NCBI GenBank assembly: GCA_001786765.1
Contig: MFTH01000015.1
Coordinates: 1,548 to 65,547 of the forward strand
DNA from: Candidatus Nomurabacteria bacterium RIFCSPHIGHO2_01_FULL_37_25
GTDB lineage: Bacteria > Patescibacteriota > Minisyncoccia > Phycocordibacterales > UBA9973
Direction: 5' to 3'
DNA: 64,000 nucleotides
The translations under genes were made by a program, and so were the position numbers. Under the pieces are notes generated by a model that ran no database searches, was not told the DNA's origin, and saw nothing but the letters and a program-made list of their open reading frames with translations. Shown here in pieces: positions 19,431 through 29,418 of the stretch; position 1 is the first letter of the stretch, and the number at the start of each line of letters is the position of its first letter.

Positions 19431-20981
19431 ATGCCAAAGCCAAATCGAGTTCAAATAATAAAATACGGACCTCCGCCACCAGAATTACCTGTTTTTGGCA
19501 AGGTAAAACCGGAAGATGTTTCTTTTATTGGGCGGACAAATTATGTGGCTTCACTGGAAGAAAAGAAGTTTATTTTTGGCATTAAGCGAATAGACAGAAG
19601 ACGCCACCTTTATATCATAGGGAAGTCAGGTGTGGGTAAAACCAAGCTTCTCGAGCTCATGCTTCGACAGGATATTACGTACAAGCATGGGCTTTGCCTG
19701 ATTGACCCACACGGAGATGTGATAGAAGCAATGCTTGACTACATACCAAAAGAACGCATTGAGGACGTCTGCATAATAGACCCCACTGACCTTGATTTTC
19801 CAGCTTCTTTTAATCCGCTCGCGAATGTTGATCCATTATTCAAATTTCAACTAACTCAAGGATTAATCGAAGTTTTTCAAAAACAATTTGGAGCAAACTG
19901 GACACCAAGACTGGAGCACGTTTTCCGTTTTACTTGTCTCGCGCTTTTAGATTATCCGCATGCCACTATGCGCGGAATGATATCTATGCTAACAGATAGA
20001 AATTATCGGCAGAAGGTGGTGGAATATATTACGGACGACATGGTAAAAAGATTCTTCGCTATAGAATTCGCCGATTGGTCTGAAAAATTTGACACCGACG
20101 CCATCATTCCTTTAGTAAATAAACTCGGGCAGTTTCTTTCTGACCCGCTACTACGCAATATTTTTGGACAAAAGCAAAACAAGATAGATATCAGTAAATT
20201 GATGAATGATGAGAAAATTATTTTGATTAATCTTTCAAAAGGTCGCCTCGGTGAAGAAAACTCTTCTTTCCTCGGTTCTATATTTTTAACCAAGATCAAA
20301 CAAGCTGGTATGGAACGCGCCGCTATCCCTGAAAAAGAACGCAAGGACTTTTATATATATGTAGATGAGTTTCAAAATGTGGTAACGCAAACATTTGAAA
20401 ATATTCTCTCTGAAGCGCGCAAATACGGACTCAACCTTACTATGGCGCATCAGTATGTAGGTCAGATTATTACTAAGGTTCATCAAGCTGTGCTCGGCAA
20501 TTGTGGAAGCATCATAACCTTCCGCGTTGGCGGGGAAGACGCAGTTAAGATGAAACCCGAATTCTCTCCACTATTTGATGTGAAGGATATGATTAATCTT
20601 GCCGTGGCGGAATTCTACATAAAAATGACAATAGACGGTGAATCCTATGATCCATTTTCAGCCGAGACTCTACGGGTATTACCTCCAACTCATCCATCAT
20701 ATAAACAAGAAATAATTGACTCATCTCGTAGAAAATATTCTATTCCAAAAGGGGATGCGGCTAAACTCATTGCTGAAGAAGAAGCTACGATAATCAGAAG
20801 CGCAGAAGAAAAAGCGATTATTGAGAGTAAGGCTAAAAGGCTTGCCCGTAGCGCTACGTCCGAAGAAAAAGAGGGGAATGGGGTGGAAGCCCCAACGCTT
20901 GAAGAGGTCGGGGTCCCGACCGAAAGCGTCGGGGAAAAACCTAACCCAAAAACTTCGCAAGAAGCGGAGCCTATGATATAA
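19431..20981 (+). CDS. Second VirD4/TrwB/HerA-like ATPase, paralog of 14961
   Basis: GKSGVGKT, DPHGD, YVDEFQN, SEARKY. Confidence 0.85.
   Translation: MPKPNRVQIIKYGPPPPELPVFGKVKPEDVSFIGRTNYVASLEEKKFIFGIKRIDRRRHLYIIGKSGVGKTKLLELMLRQDITYKHGLCLIDPHGDVIEAMLDYIPKERIEDVCIIDPTDLDFPASFNPLANVDPLFKFQLTQGLIEVFQKQFGANWTPRLEHVFRFTCLALLDYPHATMRGMISMLTDRNYRQKVVEYITDDMVKRFFAIEFADWSEKFDTDAIIPLVNKLGQFLSDPLLRNIFGQKQNKIDISKLMNDEKIILINLSKGRLGEENSSFLGSIFLTKIKQAGMERAAIPEKERKDFYIYVDEFQNVVTQTFENILSEARKYGLNLTMAHQYVGQIITKVHQAVLGNCGSIITFRVGGEDAVKMKPEFSPLFDVKDMINLAVAEFYIKMTIDGESYDPFSAETLRVLPPTHPSYKQEIIDSSRRKYSIPKGDAAKLIAEEEATIIRSAEEKAIIESKAKRLARSATSEEKEGNGVEAPTLEEVGVPTESVGEKPNPKTSQEAEPMI
20890..20934. repeat. 45-bp in-frame palindromic element (VGVPTESVG)
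   Basis: GTCGGGGTCCCGACCGAAAGCGTCGGG matches the reverse complement of the recR insert at 25872-25916. Confidence 0.8.
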
Positions 20982-21020
20982 AAATTTTGATTTTTTAGTA
21001 TAATTTGATAATATAAAATT

Positions 21021-22121
21021 ATGAATAAAGATTATTACAATACCTTGGGTGTTAATAAGACTGCCTCAAAAGACGAAATAAAAAAGGCTTTTTATAAATT
21101 GGCGCATAAATATCATCCTGATAAAAAAGAAGGTAATGAGGCGAAATTTAAGCAAGTAAATGAGGCTTATCAGGTTCTTTCAGATGACACTAAGCGCTCC
21201 AAATACGATCAGTACGGGGCGGGTTTTGAAAATATAGGACAGGGATATGGCGGAGGTCAGCAAGGTGGCTTTGGTGGTTTTGATTTTTCTGGTGCTGGAG
21301 GTTTTGGAAATGGCAATGCTGAATTTGATTTTGCCAATCTGAATGATATTTTTAGTGATTTCTTTGGTGGTGGCGCGAGTCAAACGAGGAGGGAAGTAAG
21401 ACGAGGCCGAGATATTTCAACGGAAATCCAAATCTCTTTTTCTGATTCTATTTTTGGCGCTAATAGAAAAATTTTAATTACTAAAACATCAAATTGTCTG
21501 ACATGTCATGGTTCTGGAGCAAAAACAGGTTCGGGGGTGGTAACTTGTAAAACTTGCAATGGCCAAGGTCATGTTCGTGAATCAAAAAGAACAATTTTTG
21601 GAAATATTGCGAGTACAAAAATTTGTGAAATTTGTCTGGGAACAGGGGAAATACCTAAAGAGGTTTGTGAGACATGCAGAGGTAAAGGTGTCTTGCGTCG
21701 TGAAGAAGAAGTTTCAATTGTTATTCCAGCCGGGATAAGAGATGGAGAGATGATTCGAATGACAGGTTATGGTGAAGCAGTTTCAAAAGGAACAGCTGGT
21801 GACCTTTATATAAAAATAAATGTGGCGCCACACGCCGTATTCAAGCGTGATGGTAGCGATCTAGTGATGAATTTGAATTTAAAACTTTCTGACGCCCTTC
21901 TAGGCGCAGAATATCCAATTCAAACCTTAGATGGTGAAATCAAGGTTACTATTCCAGAAGGTGTATCAATAAACGAAATTCTTCGCGTCAGAGGCAAAGG
22001 TGTGCCAACAGCCAAAAATAGACGCGGGGATCTTCTCATTAAACTCAACATAAAACTTCCTTCAAAAATTTCTCGCAAATCTCGCGAACTAATAGAAGAA
22101 CTAAAAAAAGAGGGCGTGTAA
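21021..22121 (+). CDS. dnaJ: Chaperone DnaJ
   Basis: HPD J-domain, G/F-rich region, four CxxCxGxG repeats. Confidence 0.98.
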   Translation: MNKDYYNTLGVNKTASKDEIKKAFYKLAHKYHPDKKEGNEAKFKQVNEAYQVLSDDTKRSKYDQYGAGFENIGQGYGGGQQGGFGGFDFSGAGGFGNGNAEFDFANLNDIFSDFFGGGASQTRREVRRGRDISTEIQISFSDSIFGANRKILITKTSNCLTCHGSGAKTGSGVVTCKTCNGQGHVRESKRTIFGNIASTKICEICLGTGEIPKEVCETCRGKGVLRREEEVSIVIPAGIRDGEMIRMTGYGEAVSKGTAGDLYIKINVAPHAVFKRDGSDLVMNLNLKLSDALLGAEYPIQTLDGEIKVTIPEGVSINEILRVRGKGVPTAKNRRGDLLIKLNIKLPSKISRKSRELIEELKKEGV

Positions 22122-22124
22122 AAG

Positions 22125-22706
22125 ATGCTTCCTGAAAAAATTATCTATATTAGTTTAGTCATAACCTTAGTAGCATATTTTTTCTATTTCAAAGATATAC
22201 TTTTGGGAAATACTAAACCAAATTTAGTTTCGTGGTTTTTGTGGATGTTGGGGCCATTTCTTGGTGTATTTTTTCAAATTAAAGCTGGAGCGGGGCTTTC
22301 TGTAATTCCCGTATTTATTGCTGGTTTTGGACCTTTGCTTGTTGTTATTTTTACTGTTTTTAGAAAAAACGCATATTGGAAATTAAATATTTTAGATTTA
22401 TTTTGTGGAATATTTTCTATACTCGCATTAGTATTGTATGTTGTGACACATAATTTAGCATTATCAATTATTTTTGCAATTTTGAGCGACTTTTGGGCTT
22501 TCATACCAACTTATATAAAAGGATGGAAATTCCCGGAAACTGAAACAGCGAGTGTTTACTTGTCAGGTATATTTAATAATATTTTGGGTTTGCTTATTAT
22601 AAAAAATTGGTCTTTTACCATATATTCATTTGGGGTGTACCTAATAATTGCTAATATTATTATGGTTTATTTTTTATACAGAAAAAAGATTTTTAAACAA
22701 CTATGA
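22125..22706 (+). CDS. Multi-pass membrane protein of unknown function
   Basis: About six hydrophobic segments; TKPNLVSWFLW and IPTYIKGWKFPETET. Confidence 0.7.
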   Translation: MLPEKIIYISLVITLVAYFFYFKDILLGNTKPNLVSWFLWMLGPFLGVFFQIKAGAGLSVIPVFIAGFGPLLVVIFTVFRKNAYWKLNILDLFCGIFSILALVLYVVTHNLALSIIFAILSDFWAFIPTYIKGWKFPETETASVYLSGIFNNILGLLIIKNWSFTIYSFGVYLIIANIIMVYFLYRKKIFKQL

Positions 22707-23602
22707 CAGAAAATTATTTAGAAAAAAGAAAAATGAAAGTAAAAGTTTTTAGATTAAATTCTTTTACTAACACTCCAGAAGGTGGCAATCCTGCAGGAGT
22801 TGTTCTGGATGCGAAAGGTCTCTCAGAAGAACAAATGCTCTCTACAGCCCAAGCTGTTGGTTTTTCAGAAACTGCTTTTGTAACAGAATCAAACAAAGCA
22901 GATTTTAAAGTTAGATTTTTTACTCCAACAGATGAAGTAGATATTTGCGGTCATGCTACCATAGCAACTTTTTCCTTTATGCACACAAATCATCAAATTA
23001 AAAATGGAAATTACACACAGGAAACCAAGGCCGGGATTTTAGGGATTGAGATACAAAATGATGGAACAGTATTCATGAGTCAAAATGCACCAGAATATTT
23101 TGAAGAATTAGATAAAACTGAAATTGCTGATAGTTTAAACATCCCTCCAGAATATCTGGATAATGAATTACCCATTCAGATTGTTTCAACCGGAGCGAGA
23201 GATATTTTTATTCCAATTAAATCGCTTCATTATTTATCGGAAATAAAGCCAGACATGGAAAAAATTGCAAATATTTGTAAAAAACATACAGCAATTAGCT
23301 ATCATATTTTTACCCTTGACTTATTACAGAAAAGTACTGCACACTGTAGAAATTTTGCTCCATTATATGGTATCCCAGAAGACTCCGCTACGGGAATTTC
23401 TACCGGAGCCTTAGCTTGTTATTTATTTAAGCATGGAAAGATTGAAAATAGTCAGCTATCTAAACTAGTTTTTGAACAAGGTGAATCTATGGGTAAACCG
23501 TCTGAAATATTAGTAAAATTAGTTGTTTCAGATGAAGAAATCAAGGAAGTGAAAGTAGGAGGCAAAGCAATTATTTCAAAAGAATTAGAAATTGAGGTTT
23601 GA
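22703..23602 (+). CDS. PhzF-family epimerase/isomerase
   Basis: GGNPAGV, FSETAF, RFFTPTDEVDICGHAT, EDSATG. Confidence 0.9.
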   Translation: MTENYLEKRKMKVKVFRLNSFTNTPEGGNPAGVVLDAKGLSEEQMLSTAQAVGFSETAFVTESNKADFKVRFFTPTDEVDICGHATIATFSFMHTNHQIKNGNYTQETKAGILGIEIQNDGTVFMSQNAPEYFEELDKTEIADSLNIPPEYLDNELPIQIVSTGARDIFIPIKSLHYLSEIKPDMEKIANICKKHTAISYHIFTLDLLQKSTAHCRNFAPLYGIPEDSATGISTGALACYLFKHGKIENSQLSKLVFEQGESMGKPSEILVKLVVSDEEIKEVKVGGKAIISKELEIEV

Positions 23603-23663
23603 AAAACATGTATTAAAACAAAAGTCTTGTTGTTAATTTTTGCATATGCGCGATTTAAAAACA

Positions 23664-25040
23664 CTAAATTTTAGAAACTTTCTGCCCTTCTGGCGTATCT
23701 GTTACTTCGTATCCTAGGGAATTTATTTTTTTTCTAAGTTCATCGGATTTTGTGAAATCTTTATTTTGACGAGCTTGTTCTCGTTCTTCTATTAGTTCTT
23801 GTATCTCTTTTGGGATTTTTTCTGTTCTTATTTTTTCTATATCTTTCTTTGTTTGTTCAAATCCAAGTCCTAGCACTTTATCAAAGTCTAAAACTGTAGC
23901 TTTTTTGTCATCATTAGAAATATTTTCATCTTTGAGAATATCCCACAAAACGGTTAAAGCCTTTGGAGTATCTAGATCATCTTCTATACATTCTTTGAAT
24001 TTTTTCTGATATTCTTTATTAATTTTCCCAATATCCTTCCCGAGTCCTATGTATAGATTATAAAGGCGTTTTAAGGCTGTTTCTGCGCCCTCTAAGGCTT
24101 CCCAGACGAAATTCACCCTAGTGCGGTAGTTTGCCATCAAAAGCCAAAATCTGTAAGCTATGGGATTTATATCTCTATTTATAATATCTTTTAGAACATA
24201 GAAATTATTCTTGGATTTGGCCATTTTTTTCTTATCTACCAATAACCACTCATTATGCATCCAATACTTTACAAAATGCTTCCCGGTTACGCCTTCGGAT
24301 TGGGCAATTTCATTTTCATGATGAGGAAATATATTATCCACTCCGCCTGTGTGTAGGTCTATTTGTTCTCCAAGATTTGCCATAGACATTGCTGAACATT
24401 CGATGTGCCAACCCGGACGGCCTTTACCTAAAGTTGTTTTCCAAAAAACATCGCCATCTGTTTTATCCCAAGATTTCCAAAGAGCAAAGTCTTGCGCATT
24501 ATCCTTACCATATTCATCAGACTTGATTCTACCTGACGCATTCTCTTTCTGATTTTCCAGTATCAAACCAGATAGCTTGCCATAGTTCTTGAACTTTCTG
24601 ATGTTAAAGTACACAGACGCTTCTTCACTTTTGTAAGCCAAACCTTTTTTAAGCAGTTTTTTTATGATATCAACCATCTCGTGGATATAATCGGTGGCTT
24701 TAGTAAATTTAGTCGGATTTAATATATTGAGAGCTTTTATATCTTTGAAAAATTTTTCTGCATAGAATTGAGTAAATTCCTGTAGCGACTTTCCTTCGTT
24801 TTGCGAATTGCGAATAGTTTTATCATCAACATCAGTCAAATTCATTATATGTTTAACTTTATATCCTTCATACAATAAAACTCTTTTTAAGGTGTCAGCG
24901 AAAATATATGACCTATAATTCCCAATATGAGCATAATCATAGACTGTCGGTCCGCAGGTATACATCCTGACTTCTTTTTTATTGATAGGGGAGAAGTTTT
25001 CTTTTTTATGTGTTAAGGTGTTAAAGAATCTTAAAGCCAT
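23664..25040 (-). CDS. cysS: Cysteinyl-tRNA synthetase
   Basis: CGPTVY, HIGN, GRPGWHIECSAM, KMAKS. Confidence 0.98.
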   Translation of the reverse strand: MALRFFNTLTHKKENFSPINKKEVRMYTCGPTVYDYAHIGNYRSYIFADTLKRVLLYEGYKVKHIMNLTDVDDKTIRNSQNEGKSLQEFTQFYAEKFFKDIKALNILNPTKFTKATDYIHEMVDIIKKLLKKGLAYKSEEASVYFNIRKFKNYGKLSGLILENQKENASGRIKSDEYGKDNAQDFALWKSWDKTDGDVFWKTTLGKGRPGWHIECSAMSMANLGEQIDLHTGGVDNIFPHHENEIAQSEGVTGKHFVKYWMHNEWLLVDKKKMAKSKNNFYVLKDIINRDINPIAYRFWLLMANYRTRVNFVWEALEGAETALKRLYNLYIGLGKDIGKINKEYQKKFKECIEDDLDTPKALTVLWDILKDENISNDDKKATVLDFDKVLGLGFEQTKKDIEKIRTEKIPKEIQELIEEREQARQNKDFTKSDELRKKINSLGYEVTDTPEGQKVSKI

Positions 25041-25097
25041 TCTTATATATTAAGACATATTTGCTTTTTTTACAAATTTTGTATAATATAAATCAAT

Positions 25098-25424
25098 ATG
25101 AATACAGAGGAATTTGCAATCATACAAACAGGCGGAAAACAATATAAAGTCTCCAAAGGGAGCCTTGTTTTGATTGAAAAAATTAAAGGAAAATACACTA
25201 AAGGAGATAAGATTTCTTTTGATAAGGTTTTACTTGTTGATGATGGTAAAAATACAACTATAGGCACTCCTTATATAACAGGCGCTAAAGTAGATGCGGA
25301 AATTATAGAAATTAGCCGGACTAGAAAAATTCTCGTTGTAAAATACAAACAAAAATCTCGCTACTTACGTCGCAACGGTCACCGTCAGCCGTTTTTTAAA
25401 GTAAAGATACTTTCAATAAAATAA
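25098..25424 (+). CDS. rplU: 50S ribosomal protein L21
   Basis: TGGKQYKV, GHRQPF. Confidence 0.97.
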   Translation: MNTEEFAIIQTGGKQYKVSKGSLVLIEKIKGKYTKGDKISFDKVLLVDDGKNTTIGTPYITGAKVDAEIIEISRTRKILVVKYKQKSRYLRRNGHRQPFFKVKILSIK

Positions 25425-25452
25425 AAAATGTCGATATAAAAATCGACATTTT

Positions 25453-26100
25453 TTATTGTCTATTCTTCAGAGCATTTTTGAGAGTGTCATTGTCGGAGTA
25501 TTCGAGTTCGGTGCCAGTGGAAAGCCCTTTACCGAGAGAGGAAATTTTGATGCCAGATTTTTCTGCCGTATCTTTAAGTTGTTCTCGAATATAAGAATCA
25601 GTATGGTCGCCTTGAGGGCTTAAGGAAAAAGCTAAAATTATTTCTCTCAGTTTATTTGGGTTTTCATCTTTTGATATTTTTTGCTTCAATTCTTCAATCC
25701 TCACTCTATTTTTAGTATTTTTCTCAACAATAGGCACGAGTCCGCCTAAAATAAAATATTTACCATTATAAATTCTACTTTTTTTTACACTCTCTAAATC
25801 AGAGTCTTTTTCAACAATCATCAGAATGGAAGAGTCCATATTTTTATCAGAGCAGATTTCACATATCTTATTCCCGACGCTTGCGGTCGGGACTCCGACC
25901 CTATTAGGGCGTCGGAGAAAAAATCTAAAACATTCTTTACATTGCGATATATCTTTTTTTAAATCTAAAATTAAGCTAGATAAATTTTCTGTATAACCAT
26001 TAGTTCGAGACATTAAAAAATAAACAAAACGTCTTGCTTGCCTCTCTCCAATTCCCGGAAATTCTTTAAAAATTTCAGCTAATTTGTCTATAATATCCAT
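25453..26100 (-). CDS. recR: Recombination protein RecR with an in-frame palindromic insert in the zinc finger
   Basis: PGIGERQARR, CKEC and CEIC, Toprim domain, GTELEYSD. Confidence 0.95.
   Translation of the reverse strand: MDIIDKLAEIFKEFPGIGERQARRFVYFLMSRTNGYTENLSSLILDLKKDISQCKECFRFFLRRPNRVGVPTASVGNKICEICSDKNMDSSILMIVEKDSDLESVKKSRIYNGKYFILGGLVPIVEKNTKNRVRIEELKQKISKDENPNKLREIILAFSLSPQGDHTDSYIREQLKDTAEKSGIKISSLGKGLSTGTELEYSDNDTLKNALKNRQ
25872..25916. repeat. 45-bp in-frame palindromic element (RRPNRVGVPTASVG)
   Basis: Nested inverted repeats CCGACGC/GCGTCGG and GGTCGG/CCGACC; homologous to 20890-20934. Confidence 0.8.
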
Positions 26101-26222
26101 CCCGTTAGAAGCAGATCGCGATCAATTCACGTATCTGATATTTTATATTATTAACTTTTCCAATATTACTTAATTTCATATTTTGTTTATATTTAAATTG
26201 CGATCGCGGCTTCTAACGGGAT
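26099..26222 (-). mobile_element. Start-codon-associated hairpin element at recR
   Basis: 14-bp TIR ATCCCGTTAGAAGC; interior nearly the reverse complement of 44576-44696. Confidence 0.85.
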
Positions 26223-26226
26223 CTAT

Positions 26227-27669
26227 TTAAAATTCATCTAAATCTCCTTTTACTTTTGATGGAGCGAATTCACTAATGTTGCTTTTTTCTAGAGTTTGGA
26301 AAGTCGTAGTTTTTTCATCGAAATAAAGCTCGACTTTTCCAGTAGGGCCATTCCTGTGTTTTTCAATTAGAATTTCAGCGATGTTTGTTTTTTCTGATTC
26401 TTCTTTTCCTTTATCATCCCTATGAATAAACATTACGACATCAGCGTCTTGTTCTATAGACCCTGAATCACGAAGGTCGGAGAGTCTTGGTTTACCACCT
26501 CTTGATTCTACCGCGCGAGAAAGTTGAGAAAGCGCGAGAACTGGCACATTTAGCTCTTTTGCTAAACTTTTCAATGATCTTGAAATTTCTGTCACTTGAT
26601 TGACCATTGAATCGTAGTTTTTTGAAGTTGTCATAAGTTGCAAATAATCAACCACAATAAGGTCAAGTCCTTTTTCCATTTTTAATCTGCGAGAGAGAGC
26701 TTTCATTCTAACAATAGAGTTTCCGGGTTGGTCGTCAATATAGATTTTAGCTTTGGCGAGTTTATCTAATGAATCTCGAAGTTGAGAAAATTCTCTATCA
26801 GAAGACAAACGTCCCGTACGCAAGTTCCAAGCATTTACTCGGCTTTCAGCGGAGAGCATTCTGTCCACTAACTGTTGAGAAGACATCTCTAAAGAAAATA
26901 TTACTACGGATTTTTCATGAGTAGTTGATGCCATGCGAGCAATATCCAGAGCCAAAGTAGTTTTACCCATGCTCGGTCTTGCCGCAATAATAATCAAATC
27001 TGCTTTTTGTAAGCCCGAAAGTATAGTGTCCAAATCTCTAAAACCAGTCGGAAGTCCGCGTAGCATTCCTTTGTGTTCATGCAGTTTTTCAAGACGCTCC
27101 CAAGCTTCCGGTAACGCATCTTTTAAGTTCACAAATTTTTGATTCTTTGGAGATGAAACTACGTTGAAAATTTTCTTTTCTGCCATATCCAGAATGTCAT
27201 TCATATGGTCATCACCCTCTTCAAAAGCAAGCTCTGACACATAGTCTGCCGCTTCTATCAAACTTCTAAGAACATATTTTTTTTGCACGATATCGGCGTA
27301 GTGTTTGACATTAATACTTGAAGGAACAACATTCACTATTTCTGCTAGATAAACATTACCCCCAATATTATCAAGCAACTTCTGCTCATTTAGTTTGGTG
27401 GACAAAGAAAGCATATCTATCGGTTCATTTTTAAGAGAGAGATCTAGCATGGCTTTAAAAATCATTTTATGTTTTTCAACATAAAATGAATCTGGAGACA
27501 AAATATCTTCTACTTCATGCATCGCATCTTTGCGGAGCATTATTGATCCTAAAACCGCTTGTTCTGACTCTATGCTCTGCGGCGGAATGCGTAGATTAGT
27601 TTTATTATTTTTTATTGTATTTTGTTTTCTAGTTACCATATTTTTATTATTGCATTTTAGCATAAACAA
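26227..27669 (-). CDS. dnaB: Replicative DNA helicase DnaB
   Basis: AARPSMGKT, FSLEMS, DYLQLM, LSQLSR, SDLRDSGSIEQDAD. Confidence 0.98.
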   Translation of the reverse strand: MFMLKCNNKNMVTRKQNTIKNNKTNLRIPPQSIESEQAVLGSIMLRKDAMHEVEDILSPDSFYVEKHKMIFKAMLDLSLKNEPIDMLSLSTKLNEQKLLDNIGGNVYLAEIVNVVPSSINVKHYADIVQKKYVLRSLIEAADYVSELAFEEGDDHMNDILDMAEKKIFNVVSSPKNQKFVNLKDALPEAWERLEKLHEHKGMLRGLPTGFRDLDTILSGLQKADLIIIAARPSMGKTTLALDIARMASTTHEKSVVIFSLEMSSQQLVDRMLSAESRVNAWNLRTGRLSSDREFSQLRDSLDKLAKAKIYIDDQPGNSIVRMKALSRRLKMEKGLDLIVVDYLQLMTTSKNYDSMVNQVTEISRSLKSLAKELNVPVLALSQLSRAVESRGGKPRLSDLRDSGSIEQDADVVMFIHRDDKGKEESEKTNIAEILIEKHRNGPTGKVELYFDEKTTTFQTLEKSNISEFAPSKVKGDLDEF

Positions 27670-27716
27670 AAAAATGTCAAAGTTAAAAAGTGCGTAAAAC
27701 TGTTATTAATGTGTGC

Positions 27717-27837
27717 AAAAACTAAAACATAACTTTTGAAGGGGTTTCGAGACTGACGAGCACTGAACTTCAAGATTTTTCAAGACTAATTTTTATTTGA
27801 AAAATCCGTACCGAAAAAAGTTCATGTTTTAGTTTTT
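27717..27837 (+). mobile_element. GGCTGTCGAGCCGAG-family element with different inverted arms
   Basis: Core GGGGTTTCGAG...GAACTTCA.GATTTTTCAAG...GAAAAATCCGTACC as at 6289-6351; arms AAAAACTAAAACAT/ATGTTTTAGTTTTT. Confidence 0.7.
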
Positions 27838-27861
27838 ATATTTTTATGTTAAAATCTAACT

Positions 27862-28815
27862 ATGTCTAAAAAAATATCATTATCAGGTATACAACCTTCA
27901 GGGAAACCACATATTGGTAATTATTTTGCCATGATGAAGCAACTAGTAGACCAACAGGAAGAATATGATGTCTATGCTCTTATTGTTGACTATCATGCAA
28001 TGAAATCAGTAAAAAATCCAAAAGTAATGAAAGAAAATATAATAAATGTTGTACTTGATTATTTAGCAATAGGCCTCGACCCAGAAAAAGTAACTTTCTT
28101 TAAACAAAGCGATGTCTCCGAACACACGGAGCTTTGTTGGATTTTTGACACTATTACCACAATGCCATACTTGATGCGCGCGCACGCTTTCAAAGATGCG
28201 CAAGCAAAGAACAAAGAAATTGATGTTGGAACTTTTAATTATCCAGTATTAATGGCGGCTGATATTTTACTCTATAACCCAGATATAATCCCAGTGGGCG
28301 CAGATCAGAAACAACATGTAGAAATAGCGCGAGACATAGCAGAAAAATTCAATAATAACTTTGGTCAAACTTTTAAACTACCTGAAGCGGTGATAATGAA
28401 AGATGTGGCAGTTGTGCCGGGAACCGACGGACGAAAAATGAGCAAAAGTTACAATAACACAATTCCTCTTTTTTCTGAATATGAAGAAATTAAAAAAATA
28501 GTAATGAGTATTGTTACAGATTCAAAAGAGGGAATTCCCAAAAATGTCTATGCAATACACAATCTACTTCGTCCAGCAACAGAGCTTCTGCCTTTATATG
28601 AAAGTAAGGCTGGAAAATATAAGGAATTGAAAGAATTATTGATAGAAGATTTAGAAAAATTTATTGCGCCGCTAAGAGAAAAGCGGAAAGAATTTGCAAA
28701 GGATATTCCAAAAGCTCTGGCAATACTAAAAACAGGCGGCAAAAAAGCTAAAAAAATTGCATCTCTCAAAATGAATGAAGTGCGAGAAAAAATTGGAGTA
28801 AATGTTTATGAGTAA
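27862..28815 (+). CDS. trpS: Tryptophanyl-tRNA synthetase
   Basis: SGIQPSG, HIGNY, YPVLMAADILLY, VGADQKQH, KMSKS. Confidence 0.98.
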   Translation: MSKKISLSGIQPSGKPHIGNYFAMMKQLVDQQEEYDVYALIVDYHAMKSVKNPKVMKENIINVVLDYLAIGLDPEKVTFFKQSDVSEHTELCWIFDTITTMPYLMRAHAFKDAQAKNKEIDVGTFNYPVLMAADILLYNPDIIPVGADQKQHVEIARDIAEKFNNNFGQTFKLPEAVIMKDVAVVPGTDGRKMSKSYNNTIPLFSEYEEIKKIVMSIVTDSKEGIPKNVYAIHNLLRPATELLPLYESKAGKYKELKELLIEDLEKFIAPLREKRKEFAKDIPKALAILKTGGKKAKKIASLKMNEVREKIGVNVYE

Positions 28816-28830
28816 TTTCAATAATACAAA

Positions 28831-28854
28831 TATCAGCGTACTAGTATGCTGATA
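28831..28854. promoter_or_regulatory. TrpR-type operator upstream of trpR
   Basis: Near-perfect palindrome TATCAGCGTACTAGTATGCTGATA with an ACTAGT core; repeated at 29203-29226. Confidence 0.75.
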
Positions 28855-28867
28855 TTTAAAAAATAAA

Positions 28868-29152
28868 ATGAAAAATAATTCTGATCAATACAAAAAGGAA
28901 TTAATTGAAGTAATTTATAAAATTGCCAAAAACAAACAACTTTTGGCGGATTTTATTAGAGATATATTAACGCCTAGAGAATTTGAAAATATTGGAGTAC
29001 GTTGGCAGATAGTGAAGCGTTTGGCAAAAGGGGAGCATCAGACAGCTATTGCGGAAGACCTACATCTTGGAGTAGCGACAGTCACGCGTGGCTCCCGCGA
29101 GATGCGTAAAAAAGAAGGAGGGTTTAGACGCACTCTCAAGATTATCAAATAA
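28868..29152 (+). CDS. trpR: Trp repressor family protein
   Basis: ILTPRE, RWQIV, IAEDLHLGVATVTRGS; adjacent to trpS. Confidence 0.85.
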   Translation: MKNNSDQYKKELIEVIYKIAKNKQLLADFIRDILTPREFENIGVRWQIVKRLAKGEHQTAIAEDLHLGVATVTRGSREMRKKEGGFRRTLKIIK

Positions 29153-29182
29153 AAGTTATCCACATGTGAGCAAGTTTTATCC

Positions 29183-29226
29183 TTGCTTTTATTTTTTATA
29201 TATACTAGCATACTAGTATGCTGATA
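29183..29226 (+). promoter_or_regulatory. Sigma70 promoter overlapped by a second TrpR-type operator
   Basis: TTGCTT-N17-TAGCAT, 6 nt before ATG 29218; operator TACTAGCATACTAGTATGCTGATA. Confidence 0.65.
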
Positions 29227-29331
29227 ATAAGAAAGTTAAAGATTAATAAAGTATATAAAGTATGCGAAGTATGTAAAATCAGAAAATCTTGGTGGGGCGC
29301 AGAGCTTGATGCTTTTGCGCTGTTCTGTTGA
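29218..29331 (+). CDS. Putative Trp leader peptide (37 aa, tandem TGG TGG)
   Basis: Manual translation MLIIRKLKINKVYKVCEVCKIRKSWWGAELDAFALFC*; WW is followed directly by alternative hairpins. Confidence 0.65.
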   Translation: MLIIRKLKINKVYKVCEVCKIRKSWWGAELDAFALFC

Positions 29332-29384
29332 TTTCTTCAGTCCCTAGAACCTAACCTAGGCACTAACCTATAAGGAATCCATTA

Positions 29385-29418
29385 AGTGGCGCAACGAAGC
29401 GCCACTATTTTGTTCTTT
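29385..29418 (+). terminator. Attenuator terminator (3:4 hairpin)
   Basis: AGTGGCGC/GCGCCACT stem followed by ATTTTGTTCTTT. Confidence 0.65.

Noticed and set aside
14961-20981. Integrative conjugative element
   Set aside because: No relaxase, integrase, mating-pair genes or att-like direct repeats were recognised.
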